Below, in pieces: positions 26,201 through 38,302 of a stretch of DNA of 64,000 nt. The notes below the pieces were generated by a model. That model was not told where the DNA came from, made no database searches, and was given only the letters and a program-made list of their open reading frames with translations. A program made the position numbers and the translations under genes. The stretch comes from Chiloscyllium plagiosum (taxonomy: Eukaryota): contig NC_057711.1 of the NCBI RefSeq assembly GCF_004010195.1, forward strand, positions 76,463,817 through 76,527,816, given 5' to 3'. Numbering within the stretch: the stretch's first letter is position 1; every line of letters begins with the position of its first letter.

Positions 26201-27265
26201 GTAGGGGTTATGGAGTCTCAGGGGAATGTAACACTGACAACAAAGTTTCTGGCACTGAGACTGGCTTTAATGTAATGAAGGGTAAGTCGGGTTCCAAGTG
26301 ATCAATTGTGATAGGGCACTCTCTAGTCAAAGACATAGACAGACATTTCTGTGGTCAACAACGAGACATCGGAATGGTGTGTTGCCTTCCTGGTGCCAGG
26401 ATCAAGGACACGTCAGAGAGAGTGTAGAAAATTCTTAAAGGGGAGAAGGAACAACAGGAGGTCAGTGTACATATTTGATCTAATGACATAGGATGACAAA
26501 AGAACGAGGTGCTGAAGAGAGAATACAGGAAATTGGGCAGGAAGCTAAAAGGTAAGTCCTTGAGGGGAGTAGTATCTGGATTAATCCCAGTGTCAAGAGC
26601 TAGTGAGGGTAGGAATAGGAGGATAGAGCAGCTGACTGTGTGCTTGAGGAGCTGATGTAGGGGAGAAGGGTTCACATTTTTGGATCATTGGAATCTCTTC
26701 TGGGGTAGAAGTGACCTGTATAAAAAAAGATTGATTGCACTTCAATTGGAAGGGGGCAAGGTGGAGAGATTTGCGAGAGCTGTTCATGAGGATTTAACCT
26801 ATTAAAGTGGGACCCAGTGAGATAGTGAGGAAAGAGATCAGTCTGAGGTTGGTTCAGTTGGGAAAAGGAATGTGTCAAACAGTCAAGGCAGACAGGAACA
26901 AAGCAGAGAATGAGGTAGGACTGATAAATTAAACTACATTTATTTCAATTCGAGAGGCCTGGCAGGTAAGGCAGATGAACTCAGAGCATAGTTGGAAAGA
27001 TGAGACTGGGATATCATAGCAATTACAGAAATGTGACTCAGGGAGGGGCAGAGCTGGCAACTTAATCTTCCAGGGTATAGATGCTATAGAAAGAAAGGGA
27101 GGCAAGAGAAGAGGAGGAGTGGCATTTTTGATTAGGGATAACTCTATGGCTGTACTCAGGGAGTTAATTTCTGGGAGTACATTCAGGGAAGTTATTTGGA
27201 TGGAACTGAGAAATAAGAAAGGGATGATCAGCTTAATGGGATTGTACTATAGAACCCCCCCAATA
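23220..27265 (+). mobile_element. CR1 5' portion (5'UTR, ORF1 with SGNH/GDSL esterase, start of ORF2 APE), split by an opposite-strand CR1
   Basis: IVIGHSLVKDIDRHFCGQQRDIGMVCCLPGAR at about 26305-26400 is the esterase block I region. APE start at about 26930. Confidence 0.75.
23660..25685 (-). mobile_element. CR1 ORF2 with internal deletion, nested insertion
   Basis: VVIVGDFHFPNIHW (APE), KVDKSPGPDQI and HGFVSGRPCLTNLFEFF. 3' tail at about 23660. Confidence 0.88.
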
Positions 27266-27389
27266 GTCATAGGATCATAGAGCTGTATAGCTAGAAACAG
27301 GCCCTTCAGTCCAACCAAATATCCTAACTTAATCTAGCCCCATTTGCTAGCATTTGGCCCATATCCCTTGAAAACCCTTCCTATTCATT

Positions 27390-27895
27390 TACATGTATTT
27401 GGAAAGACAAGGGCTGATTAAGGATAGTCAATATGGCTTTGTGCACAGGAAATGCTTTTTTTGAAGAAGTAATAAAGAGGATTGATGAAGGCAGAGTGAT
27501 GGACATGATCTATATGGACTTCAGTAAGGCGTTTGACATGGTGGATTGGTTAGCAAGGTTTGATTACATGGAATAGAGGGAGAACTAGCCATTTGGATAT
27601 AGGAGAGTCCAAAACTAGGTTTAAGGTGAGAGGGGAAAGATTTAAAAGGGACCTGAGGTGGCAACCTTTTAAGTCAGAGGGTGGTGTGTATATGGAATGA
27701 GCTGCCAGAAGAAATGGTGGAGGCTGGAGCAATTACAACATTTAAAAGGCATCTGGATGGGTATATGAATAGAAATAGTTTAGAGGTTTATTGGCCAAAT
27801 GATGGCAAATGGGAATAGATTACTTTCAGATATCTGATGGACATAGATGAGTTATACCGAAGGGTCTGTTACATACTGTACAGCTCTATGACTGC
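27390..27895 (+). mobile_element. Deleted CR1 3' piece; further CR1 3' ends at 27265-27390 (-), 29695-30175 (+), 20025-20150 (-), 21540-21810 (+), 34715-34870 (-), 58995-59148 (-) and 61605-61790 (+)
   Basis: Shared CR1 3' terminal sequence (ggaatgagctgccaga...ctgtacagctctatgact and related tails). Confidence 0.8.
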
Positions 27896-29044
27896 ATTTA
27901 TCAAACGTGGGTGTCAATAGCTGGCCAACATTGATTATCCATCTCTAACAGTTCTGGAGAAGTTGGTGGTGAGTTGCCTTTTTGAACTAGTGCAGGATGT
28001 AAGGACAGCCACAGTGAAATTTTGAAGGGAATGCTAGGCTTTTAATCCAGTGACCATGAAGGACTGGTGATGTAATGCCAATGTAACTGGATGATGTGTG
28101 GCTTGGAGAGAAACCTCCGTGTTCCCAAGTATCTGCTGTCTTTGTCCTTCAAAGTAGTAGAGGTTGTGGCTTTGAATGGTGTTCAGAGAAACCTTGTAGT
28201 GCATATCTCTGGTACAGTTGAAATCAGCACATAATTAGTGACCAGATATAGCAATTACATGAAAGGCAAAGGTAAAATATAGCTTGTGTGCAGTTCACCA
28301 CAGGGTTTGATGTCAAACTGTACTGTTTAGCTCCAGATGAGGACAGATAGATTGGCACACAAGAAAAAATTGCATGGGCTTGCTGAGCTCATTAACTGCC
28401 CTGTCAGAATGCTCCAGTCCCTTTGCCATCCTTACAAAGGTGTAGCAACACTCTCTAGCCAATGTACCAAAACATCTTCAAAAATATTCCTGAAGACATT
28501 CAGTGATTTTCTAATAGAAAAATGTTCCAAACAATCTTAATTATTTGCTTATGTTATATACATTGATTTAACATGCTGACTATCAACGTGACTGCTTTTC
28601 CAACTAATTGTTGACTGAATGGACAAAGGAGATGGAGACCTCTTATACTATAGCATCACATGTTCTCCTTGATCTAGTTGCCTGAAAAACATGTTATCTT
28701 TCTAAGACTTGCAAAATTAGACAACAGCCGTGACTTGCATTGTCCAATTTTGCTATACTGCTGGTTAGGCAAAGTAATGTCAGGGTAGTATGGTTTCCAC
28801 ATGTTTGTGCACATGTAAGGGATGCAACAGCATATCCCTGCAAATTAACGGAAACCTGTGCAGTTCTGTTAAAAGTTACAATAAATCATTTTGCACCCTG
28901 TGTGTGATTACTGATGAGTCATTTGAAAAGACATGTTAGCAACATGAAGCTACCATCAAATTTTGGTTCATAACTTAAAGACAGTATTATTCATGCTAAT
29001 TCTGACTCAAGGATGTGCCTTTCACATTTTCTGTATCTTCACAG

Positions 29045-29245
29045 ATAAATTTGGGAATAATCTGTACTTTTTCAAAGGTGAATGCAGAGAGGATTGTCCT
29101 GCATTTCACCACCCTGCTGCTGATAATGTCTGCAGTCCATGTTCCAGGAACTGTGAAGTATGCATTGATAGTAAACACTGTGTAAAGTGTTCCTCAGGCT
29201 ATTACCCTGACTCTGACGGATGCCAACAGCTAAACTGTGGAGGAG
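29045..29245 (+). CDS. PCSK5: PCSK5 exon c, 201 nt, phase 1->1
   Basis: Acceptor ttttctgtatcttcacAG and donor GTaaga at 29246. Reads (D)KFGNNLYFFKGECREDCPAFHHPAADNVCSPCSRNCEVCIDSKHCVKCSSGYYPDSDGCQQLNCGG. Confidence 0.92.
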
Positions 29246-30001
29246 GTAAGATGGAATCATCATCTTCATTTATTGGATGGTTTTAAAGCTCTGTCCTAAT
29301 AGATAAATTGAAGGACTAAACAAACACATCAATTGGAACTCCAAAGACAGGTTGGTTTATGGAATGTATATTACGCTTCAGTATGTGAATAAAATCGAAC
29401 CTGAAAATATCATCTGTTTCTGTGCTACCAAGATAGCAAACATGTATTCGTATCATGTTTTAAAAATTCACTCATAAGATGTGGGCATTATTGGCAGAGC
29501 CAACATTTATTACCCATCCCCTGAGAAGGCAGTGAACTGAATCCTTGAACTATGGCAGTTCATTTATTGTAGATGAACCCATAATGCTTTTTGGGAGGGA
29601 ATGATTCATGTGGAGCTTTTAATTATTTTATAAGGTAATAGTGACTTAGATGAAAGTATGTCTCGCATCTAAGAATGATTGGAGTGGGAACTGAGGAGCA
29701 TAGATAAGGTGAATAGCCAAGGTCTTGTTCTCAGGATAGGGGAATCCAAAACTAGAGTGCATGGGTTTAAGGTGAGAGGGGTAAGTTTTAAAAGGGACCC
29801 GAGGGACAACTCTTTCACATGGAGAGTGATGCGTACATAGAACGAGTGGCCAGAGGAAGTGGTAGAGGCGAGTACAATTACAACATTTTAAAGACATTTG
29901 GACAGATAGCTGGATAGGGAAGGTTGAGAGGGATATGGGCCAAATGTAGGCAAATAGAACTAGTTCAGTTAAGGAAACCTGCTTGGCATAGATGAGTTGG
30001 G

Positions 30002-30127
30002 GAGAAAGTGAGGGCTGCAAATGCTGGAGATCAGAGCTGAAAATGTGTTGCTGGAAAAGCGCAGCAGGTCAGGCAGCATCCAGGGAACAGGAGAATCGAC
30101 GTTTTGGGCATAAGCCCTCCTTCAGGA
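30002..30127 (-). mobile_element. Family A PLE-derived insertion nested in a CR1 3' end
   Basis: TSD atagatgagttggg at 29988-30001 and 30128-30141. Mutated hammerhead on - at about 30094-30129. Confidence 0.82.
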
Positions 30128-31948
30128 ATAGATGAGTTGGGCCAAAAGGTCTGTTTCTGTACTTTATGACTCTAAATTTACTAAGCATCACCCTTGTGTC
30201 AAAACTAATGATAGTCATGAATCAACATCTGTAAAGACATGAATAAAAAATTCTTTACTAGCCTTAGTGACTCTCAGTTAGGCAAGCAAGGGATTTTGTC
30301 ATCATAAAACAAAAAAAGGGTTCCATCTTTTCACCTCTACAACTACCTTTCCTTATCCTACTGCAGTGCGTACATATGTAGACATCTGATGAGGAGAGGA
30401 CTAGATATAGCAGTGATTCACCATTGAACAATCAATTAGCACTTATTGTTAGACCTAAATGTTACTTTGATGATGTAGTACACTTGGACTTCTATCAAGC
30501 ACCTACAGAACCAAGCATTTGGAATGGGGAACTTTGTGTGTTCGAAGTAATTTTTAAAGGATGTCACCTGCTTACCTATTTGCACTGATACCCACTTCTA
30601 TAGGGTCTTAATTAACAATAGCTTCATAACATGCTCCAAATGTACTTGTGACCTGACTCCTAACTGTCTTCACTAAGGGTTTAATAGCTTAATGTTGCAT
30701 TGAATGTACTTAAATGAACTCATGCATGCAATTAATTTAGTTCTCCTTCACATCTTAAGCTACATATTAAAATTAGCAAAACAGAGTTCTAATCCTTTTT
30801 TTTAGGATAGACCATAAAAATAAACAGCAAAATTTGCTGACACCTTAAAGAACAGGAACCTAGAAAAGTATGGAATTCATGCTTTATGAAGGGTAGCTAT
30901 CTATATGTGTTTGCATACCTTACATTGTGCAAACCCCGCATATTACGAATGTATGAACCATTTAGGAGGACATGGCTCAGTAAATAGGTTTACATTTTTC
31001 TGAGAATAAACAAAGATGATCAGGTAAGGGCAGCTATAAAAGATGGATTATCAGTTATCCCAGGATTTTCATCCTTAAAAGGCTCATTCTGTTCCCTGTC
31101 TCTATCTAACTGCTGCTGAAACACTCACCCATGTTTTTCTTACTTTCAGAGTTGACAATCCATTGCTCTTCTGGTAAGCCTCTTATCTTCCACCTTTCCT
31201 AAACTTGAGTTCAAATAATTAAGCTGCAAGCTTTCACCAAGTCCAGTTCACCTCTCTGCACTTCGGCTTACATTGACCCTCAGTCCCTGAATGATTTCAC
31301 TTTAAAATTCTCATCGTCATCATGTTCAAATGCCTCATGGCCTTACTTCCCTTTCTATAATCCTTTTCAGCCCAAGAACATTTTAAGAGCTTTAGTTTTC
31401 CACTGATTCTAACCTTAAGCATGTCAAATAATATATCTCAGGATAATTTAATATGGAATCACATTGAAAAGGAAATGGAAAATTATAACAGGGCCGTGGG
31501 AAGAAGGCAGGGAATAACATTAGGTAATTTACTCCTATGAACAGCTAGCACAGACAAAAAGGGATAAATGGCCTTTTTCATGGTGTAACAATTCTGTGAT
31601 TACTGTTTTTTTCAATGATTTTTAACCTTTGGCTAAGAAAGCGGGAATATAAATGTAACATCTTCCCTCATTTGGTCCCATCCGGTCAACATTGAGTGTA
31701 ATCTTGCCTTTGCCTTAGCTCTGACATGTCCGTAATGAGTTCAGTCCCAAAATCTGCTAAAGCTCAGACATGTCAACATTCAAATTTAGAATTGGCAATT
31801 CATATGTCCAAAGTCAATCTGAAAGTAACACTGAAAAGAATGCAATTTGTCAGACTAATTTAAAATTAAAACTGTAGAAACTCTCATTTGTATTACAATT
31901 TATATCTTATGCTTATATTGCTATTAAATTTGCACTTACAATCCACAG

Positions 31949-32017
31949 GTGAAATTGAAGATCTTGACAATGAAGATTGTGTGCAGTGTGCAGAAGGATG
32001 TGAGAAATGCACATTAG
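31949..32017 (+). CDS. PCSK5: PCSK5 exon d, 69 nt, phase 1->1
   Basis: Acceptor atccacAG and donor GTaagc at 32018. Reads (G)EIEDLDNEDCVQCAEGCEKCTL, resembling the recalled PCSK5 segment GEVQDPDYEECVPCEEGCLGCSL. Not in the ORF track. Confidence 0.9.
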   Translation: MKLKILTMKIVCSVQKDVRNAH

Positions 32018-32414
32018 GTAAGCTGTTATATTTAATTGCATGAAATCCACAATAAGATTGGCCATTTGGGCCAGGCAATCTAGTTGACATTTATTCTCTA
32101 AGTAAGCAGTCCTCTTCATCCTAAATAAGTACACCATTGTCACATCAATTTAACTGATCCATCCATTAGCCTTCAACAGCTTTTTGTTCAACCTGTAGAA
32201 TTCCTATTCAATACAACATGTTTATTAGCCTGTGTATTCAAAAGGAAGCACTCAGATGGCTAGCCTGTATTTTCTTTTAGCATCTGCATTAACAGGAGAG
32301 TTGCAGATTGGTGATTTTAAACTGATTAGAATCTATCTGAAATCCTGGTCAAAATGAAAGTTGCAGTTCTTTACTCTTTCTGGTGGTCATAGCTATTGCT
32401 GAGGATGGATTCCG

Positions 32415-33250
32415 CAGAGTTGTAGAGGTTTACAGCTTGGAAACAGGCCCTTCGGCCCAACTTGTCCATGCCGCCCAGTTTTCACAATTAATCTAGTCCC
32501 ATTTATCTGTAATTTGGTCCATGTCCTTCCATACCTATTCCATCCAAGTACCTGTCCAATTGTTTCTTAAATGACAGAATTGTACTCACCTCCACTAATA
32601 CTTCTGTTAACCCAGTCTAGACACTCACCACCCTCTGTGTGAAAATTCTTCCCCTCTGGACTTGATTGTATCTCTCCCCTCTCACCTTAAACCTGTGCCT
32701 TCTAGTTTTAGACTCTCCTATGGTGGGGAAAAGCTATTGCTATCTACCTTATCAATGCCTCTCATGATTTTCTAGACCTCTATAAGGTCACCCTTGAGTC
32801 TCTTATGCTCCAGGGAAAAAATAGTCCCAGCCTGTCCAGCCTACTTACAACTCAAACCTTCCTGCGAAGATAGTATTCTCGTAAACCTTTTCTGCATTCT
32901 TTCTAGTTTAATAATATCCTTTCTATAGTTGAGCAATCAGAACTGCACACAGTACTCCAAATGTGTCTTTTTACCCAATATCTTTTACAGCTGCAATAAG
33001 ACATCTCAATTCATGTACTCTATATTCTAATCAATGAAGGCAAGCATGCTGAAAGCCTTCTTCATCAGTCTGTCTACCTGTGACTCCACTTTCAAGGAGC
33101 TATGCACCGGACCATTGACTGTGTAAGTCTTGCCCTAGTCTGACCTACCAAAATGCAACACCATGCATTTATCTAAATTAGACTCCAACTGCCATTCCTC
33201 AGTCCATTGGCCTAGTTGGTCACGATCCTGCTGCATTCCCAGATAACTTT
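32415..33250 (-). mobile_element. CR1 3' fragment
   Basis: QWTEEWQLESNLDKCMVLHFG plus a CR1 3' end. Confidence 0.85.
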
Positions 33251-34879
33251 CAGATATCAGCTTCCAGTAACCAAGTGCCCTCTTTGAAACTTGTACAGTG
33301 AGAGTTAGGCTATTTGCACATTTACAGGTATCATAGCTCTGATACCTGAGCTTAATCTTGTTCTTGCTTGACACCTACTCTTACACTTCATAGCAGAGGT
33401 TACTGGACAGAGAAAAGAAGCAACTATCATAACTGAAATTTTAGCTCCTCTAGAATATAAAGGACTAAGAGCATTTTGTAGATGATCTGATACTTGGAAG
33501 CAGTGTGAACTGTAAGAAAAATAGTGTAAAGCTTCAAAAGGAATAATCACAAGTTGGTGGCATGGGCAGATAATGTATATTCAGTTTGGGAGAATGAATG
33601 CTGAAAAACAATATAAAATAAAGGCTACAAATATAAAGGGGATGCAAGAGTACAGGAGTCTGAGTTTTTATGTGCATAAGGTAGCAAGACAGATTGAAAG
33701 TATCAATAGTCCAGTGCATAGCTCTTTGAAAGTGGAGTCACAGGTAGACAGACTGTTGGAGAAGGCTTTCAGCATGCTTGCCATCATTGATTAGAATATA
33801 GAGTACACGAGTTGAGATGTGAGTATAGTGAGTCATGAGCTCATTAAGCATACAATATTCTAAACTTTATTAAAAGAGGCATAGAGTACAATATCAAAGA
33901 GGTTATGGATAAAACACTGTCCAAAAGTCCTTGTGGTGAGACAGTCATTTCAGTGGTGTAGATTAGAGTTGGGCATCAGGGCTGTGGTGGAGGTAGGTTC
34001 AATCAGCTTAATTAAGAGGGAATTGGATTATTATCTGAAAAGAAAGAATGTACAAGGTTTACAGGGAGAAGGAAAGCGAACAGCACTAAAGTAAATTGTT
34101 CATTTGGAGAGTCTGTGTATGCTCAACAGGCCAAATGGCCTCCTCCTATGCTGAAATTATTCTGTTGTTTTGATGTCCTCGCACACCTAATTGAGAACAC
34201 CAAGTTCAGCACGTTCCTAATCTGTATAGCTAAGTGTCACTGTGAAGGTCCGTGGGACTGCTGCAAGAGTTTTGCTGCATGATTCTTTTTGTTGCAAACT
34301 GAATTGCCATAACACCACCCAAAACATTAATTGGGAGTGCACTTTCAGGAAATGCATCCTGGGAATTTTCACATCAGGATTTTTTACCCACTAAAACTGA
34401 TTAACAGGAAATTGCAAGCTATATGTCTTTTATTTACTGAAATACATATCCTGGGGTAAAAATATATATTTTCTTTTTTGCGGGCTGTTCTTGAGATTTC
34501 CTAAAGGCAACATTTCGATTTTCAGGAACTGCTTCTTTGATTTTGGGTTTTATTTTCTTCATTCTGACTAATTCATTCATTGGTCTTGCTATCAGGTAGT
34601 GACAATGCCTTTGGATGTGCATGACATGTGGGTATTTTGGTTCAACAGAAGCAGAAATCAAATATTCTATCAATATTCTCAATGATTACCAATTCTCCAT
34701 TAATGATAACCTTTGAAACATAGAAAATAGGAGCAGGAGTATGCCATTCAGTCTGCCATTCAAATATGATAAAGGTTGATCATCCAACTCAGTACCCTGT
34801 TCCTGCTTTGTCCATGAGTGCTTTGATCGTTTTAGCCCTCAGAACTACATTGAACTCCTTCTTGAAAAGGATACAAAAC

Positions 34880-35070
34880 ACAAGGAAAAGATTAATTTCC
34901 TAGACACCACAGTACTTAGATTGGCACAGATAACAGGAATAAGTTAGGAATTTTTTTTTCAAAATTTCAGACATACACTTCAACACTAAATAAGCCATCG
35001 CCCTAAACACAACTTTCACTAACAACAATGATCACAGCTATTGAATTTCCTTCACACATACCCAAAATTC
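34880..35070 (+). pseudogene. Very old Penelope-like reverse transcriptase remnant
   Basis: Frameshifted peptides KEKINFLDTTV / FFKISDIH / SHRPKHNF / SQLLNF occur in the order expected for PLE RT motifs (I.FLD..V, YxKPTD.H, S.HP.H, SQ..R). Confidence 0.5.
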
Positions 35071-35904
35071 TAACATTTTAACCATATGGTTACAACTCAT
35101 AGAAACATATTTACCATAGATGGATCTGAATCGCAAATGTAAATTCATTACAACAGAAGACACTACATATTTTGAGTGTAGTGAGTCATGAAGTGATTAA
35201 GCTTCTTCCTCTTTTTTACATGTCTTGTAGCCTCCTCTTCTCACCTTATTCTACTTGCAACCTTCCTTCCCCCATCCCCTTACCACAAGCCTCTTACAGC
35301 CTCTTTCTCCCCTACATATCATTGCAACGTCTCCTCCCACTCCCCTCCTGCGTCACCCTACCATCTTCTCCAGGCAGATGCTGGAGCATGGACCGAGCAT
35401 ACAGAACTTCCAACCTTGACAAAAGACCGCAATCCCAGCCAAAGGCAACTCTCAGCAGCTCGTTCGTCACTCCCAAATTTCCACCAGCTCTCATCTCACT
35501 GCTCCCCTGGAAAAAAGATGCTCTCCCAGCAATCTCCACATTCCTCAATGCAAGCATTGACTTTTCAAACTGCTTCAATCACTAACTGTGCCTTTCCTGC
35601 ATTTGTTGCTCACAAGCATGGAAGTAAACCAGTGCATGGTTGGAGTGGCAGCTCCTCACCATTTCCTTCCACTCCATTTATGGGGCAACTTCTTTTGGAA
35701 TTCATTTTTGCCCTCGCAAATGAACTTTCAAAAGTGGATATACCCGCTGCCAACATTTATTTTTCATAGCATGAACCTTTTGCTATGCATATTAATATTT
35801 CATTACATTGTGATCAAAAGTAGGCATCATTTGTTTGTCTGGAACAAAAAGAAAACAGTGTAGGAGCTAGCTTATATTCAAATAGGTTCCATTATATAAC
35901 GTTT

Positions 35905-36375
35905 GAGTAAAGGAAGACTTATATCTTTGTCAAGACCTCAGAGTTCCCTGAAATGCTCTACAACAAACAATTTTCTTTTATACTGTTGCAATGCAGGGAA
36001 TGGCAAGAAGCATTTTCCATAAACAACAATGTGATGATGATCAATTGGTCTCAATTGTTGAGAGAAATTAATTATGGACAGGACACTGGACAGAATTCCT
36101 CTACTCTTCAAATTGGTGATCTAGGACTTTTAACATCCATTTGAGGAGTGGTGGGGCCAACCTTTAACTTCTTATGTAAAAGTCAAATATTAGTTCTCAT
36201 AAATTTATCTTTAATTCAAAAATAGTTAAATAGCAAAGTAGCACATATTGTTAGGAGCGTACAGATGCTTGAGCTCATTATCTAGGTTGACACTCCACTG
36301 TAGTACAAAGGAACTGTGGCATTGTCAGAAGTGTGGCTTTGTGATGAGATGTTAAAATGAAGGCTGTCTAACCCT
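35905..36375. mobile_element. Two decayed Deu-domain SINE pieces (SacSINE1/AmnSINE-like): about 35905-36185 (-) and 36265-36375 (+); tail fragment at 40500-40696 (+)
   Basis: gcttgagctcattatctaggttgacactccactgtagtac...gatgagatgttaaa resembles the recalled Deu domain. The 3' tail is gtgctgtataaatgcaagtctttc. Confidence 0.6.
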
Positions 36376-37551
36376 TCCTTCAGTTTTTGAAACCTAAGCC
36401 AACCAATTGGTCCATTTACGAATGTTGGGAATCACCTAATGCTGAAATCTCCAGGTGTTGGATGCCATCTAGTGGCAGAATATCACATCTTCAGGAAATA
36501 TTATGAAGAAAAGTGAAAAAGGCAACTAATCATCTGAACATTTAAAATAAAATACACAATGTGCAAGGGATAGACGGTTAGCATATGTAAAGAGAAAATG
36601 ATGAGCTATTATCTTTCACCTCCTATTTGCATAACTTTGCCTTAATATCTTAATATTCTGATAAAATAAAAACTGCAGTTTTCAAACATTGTTTCTCAAA
36701 AAATAACACACCTTTAATGGCTTAAATGATAACAAACTTCAGGGGAGATGTGAAATATGTTGTGCTTTTTGTTTTACCTCTTTTACGCTATTGCACAAAA
36801 TCCGAATGTATCCCAATTTGCTTAGTGGCCTTGAGATTTGGTTCCAAAAACACACCCAGGAACATATGGGATATTTAAAAATCAATTACTGAGGAAAAGC
36901 AAAAAATCCTAATGAAGTGCAAAATTAAATTCTACATTCTGTTCCACAGTTTTTGTCATTCTAGAAATAAGGTTGGTGAAAATAAATAAAAGAATGAATA
37001 TATTTATGTTTTAAAATTTATTATGACAAAAAGCAATAGAAAATGACATTAAGTATTTAGTTACTCTGTCTGTGAATATGGCACAGAATCATTATTGATT
37101 ACTTGCTGCTGCCTGCACCTACATTAACTAATTCACTTGCAGTTTTACCTGGAGTCTAGTGGTAAACATGGCATAGAAACAAATTGGATCATAGGTATGG
37201 TACCATTAGAACTGTGAAATATGAATATGATTATTTTTCTTCAAAATCTACTTCTCAGTCCTTTCAGTTACACAGCTATGAAATTATTCTCAATTGCTGT
37301 TATCAGTGTGTCTGCAGTGTTTGGTTTGGCAGCCTTAGTAAAGTAGAACTCGAAAAGCATCCAATAAAAACAGAAAAGAGATCAGATTGAATTAATAGCT
37401 TCGACAATTTAAACTTTAAAAATAATCCAGTGAAGTTGTTGAAAGTGCTGGACATTCACTGGACATGATTAAATATCACAGATGATTTAAGAGTTACTTC
37501 TGACTATCTTTACAGATTACAAATCAAGACTTTATCAATTTGATTTGATTT

Positions 37552-37887
37552 GGAGACATCGGTATTGGACTGGGGTGTACAAAGTTAAAAATCACACAAC
37601 ATCAGATTATAGTTCAACAGATTTATTTGGAAGCACTAGCTTTTTGAGCGCTGCTCCTTCATCAGGTGGTTGTGGAGAATAAGATTGTAAGACACAGAAT
37701 TTATAGCAAAAGTTTACAGTGTGATGTAACTGAAATTATATATTGAAAGAGACTTAGATTGTTTGTTAAGCCTCTCATCTTTTAGAGTGACCATGTTGGT
37801 TTCAGTTCTTTCATACATAAATCACAAAATGTTTTTATAAAGTTACATTCTCAAGTGAACTTTAACAATCGGTGTCATGTCGGCTCA
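37552..37887 (-). mobile_element. Family C PLE-derived element
   Basis: Possible TSD gatttgattt at 37542-37551 and 37888-37897. Shares ggacaaagttaaaaatcacacaacaccagg-like sequence with 56410-56600 and 62088-62265. Confidence 0.65.
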
Positions 37888-38302
37888 GATTTGATTTCTG
37901 TGTTAAAAAATAGTAAATTGACCAATAATTGATACAGTGTTAGGGCAATGGTCACAGCAATATTAAATTTCATTCAAAATCTACAGTCTGCATCTGAAAC
38001 AATGAGAAAAGACCATTCTGTCCATTAATCACATCCTTTCCTCAAACAATTTTCTCTGCAATGAATATTACCCAATTGACGCAATCTGACTTTTATTTGG
38101 AATTTAAACCCCATCTCAGGACAGGTGGCGATCAGAGATACATGTTAAAAAAATTGTAAATGACGAATGTGCCTTTCATCATTTTTATCATCATGATTTG
38201 TGTGGTAAGTCTCTGTTCCATTCTCATCCTAATATTTAAGACAAACTTCCACAATATGGTTAGAAAGTTAATGCACATATAACACTTGCTGACCATTTTC
38301 CC

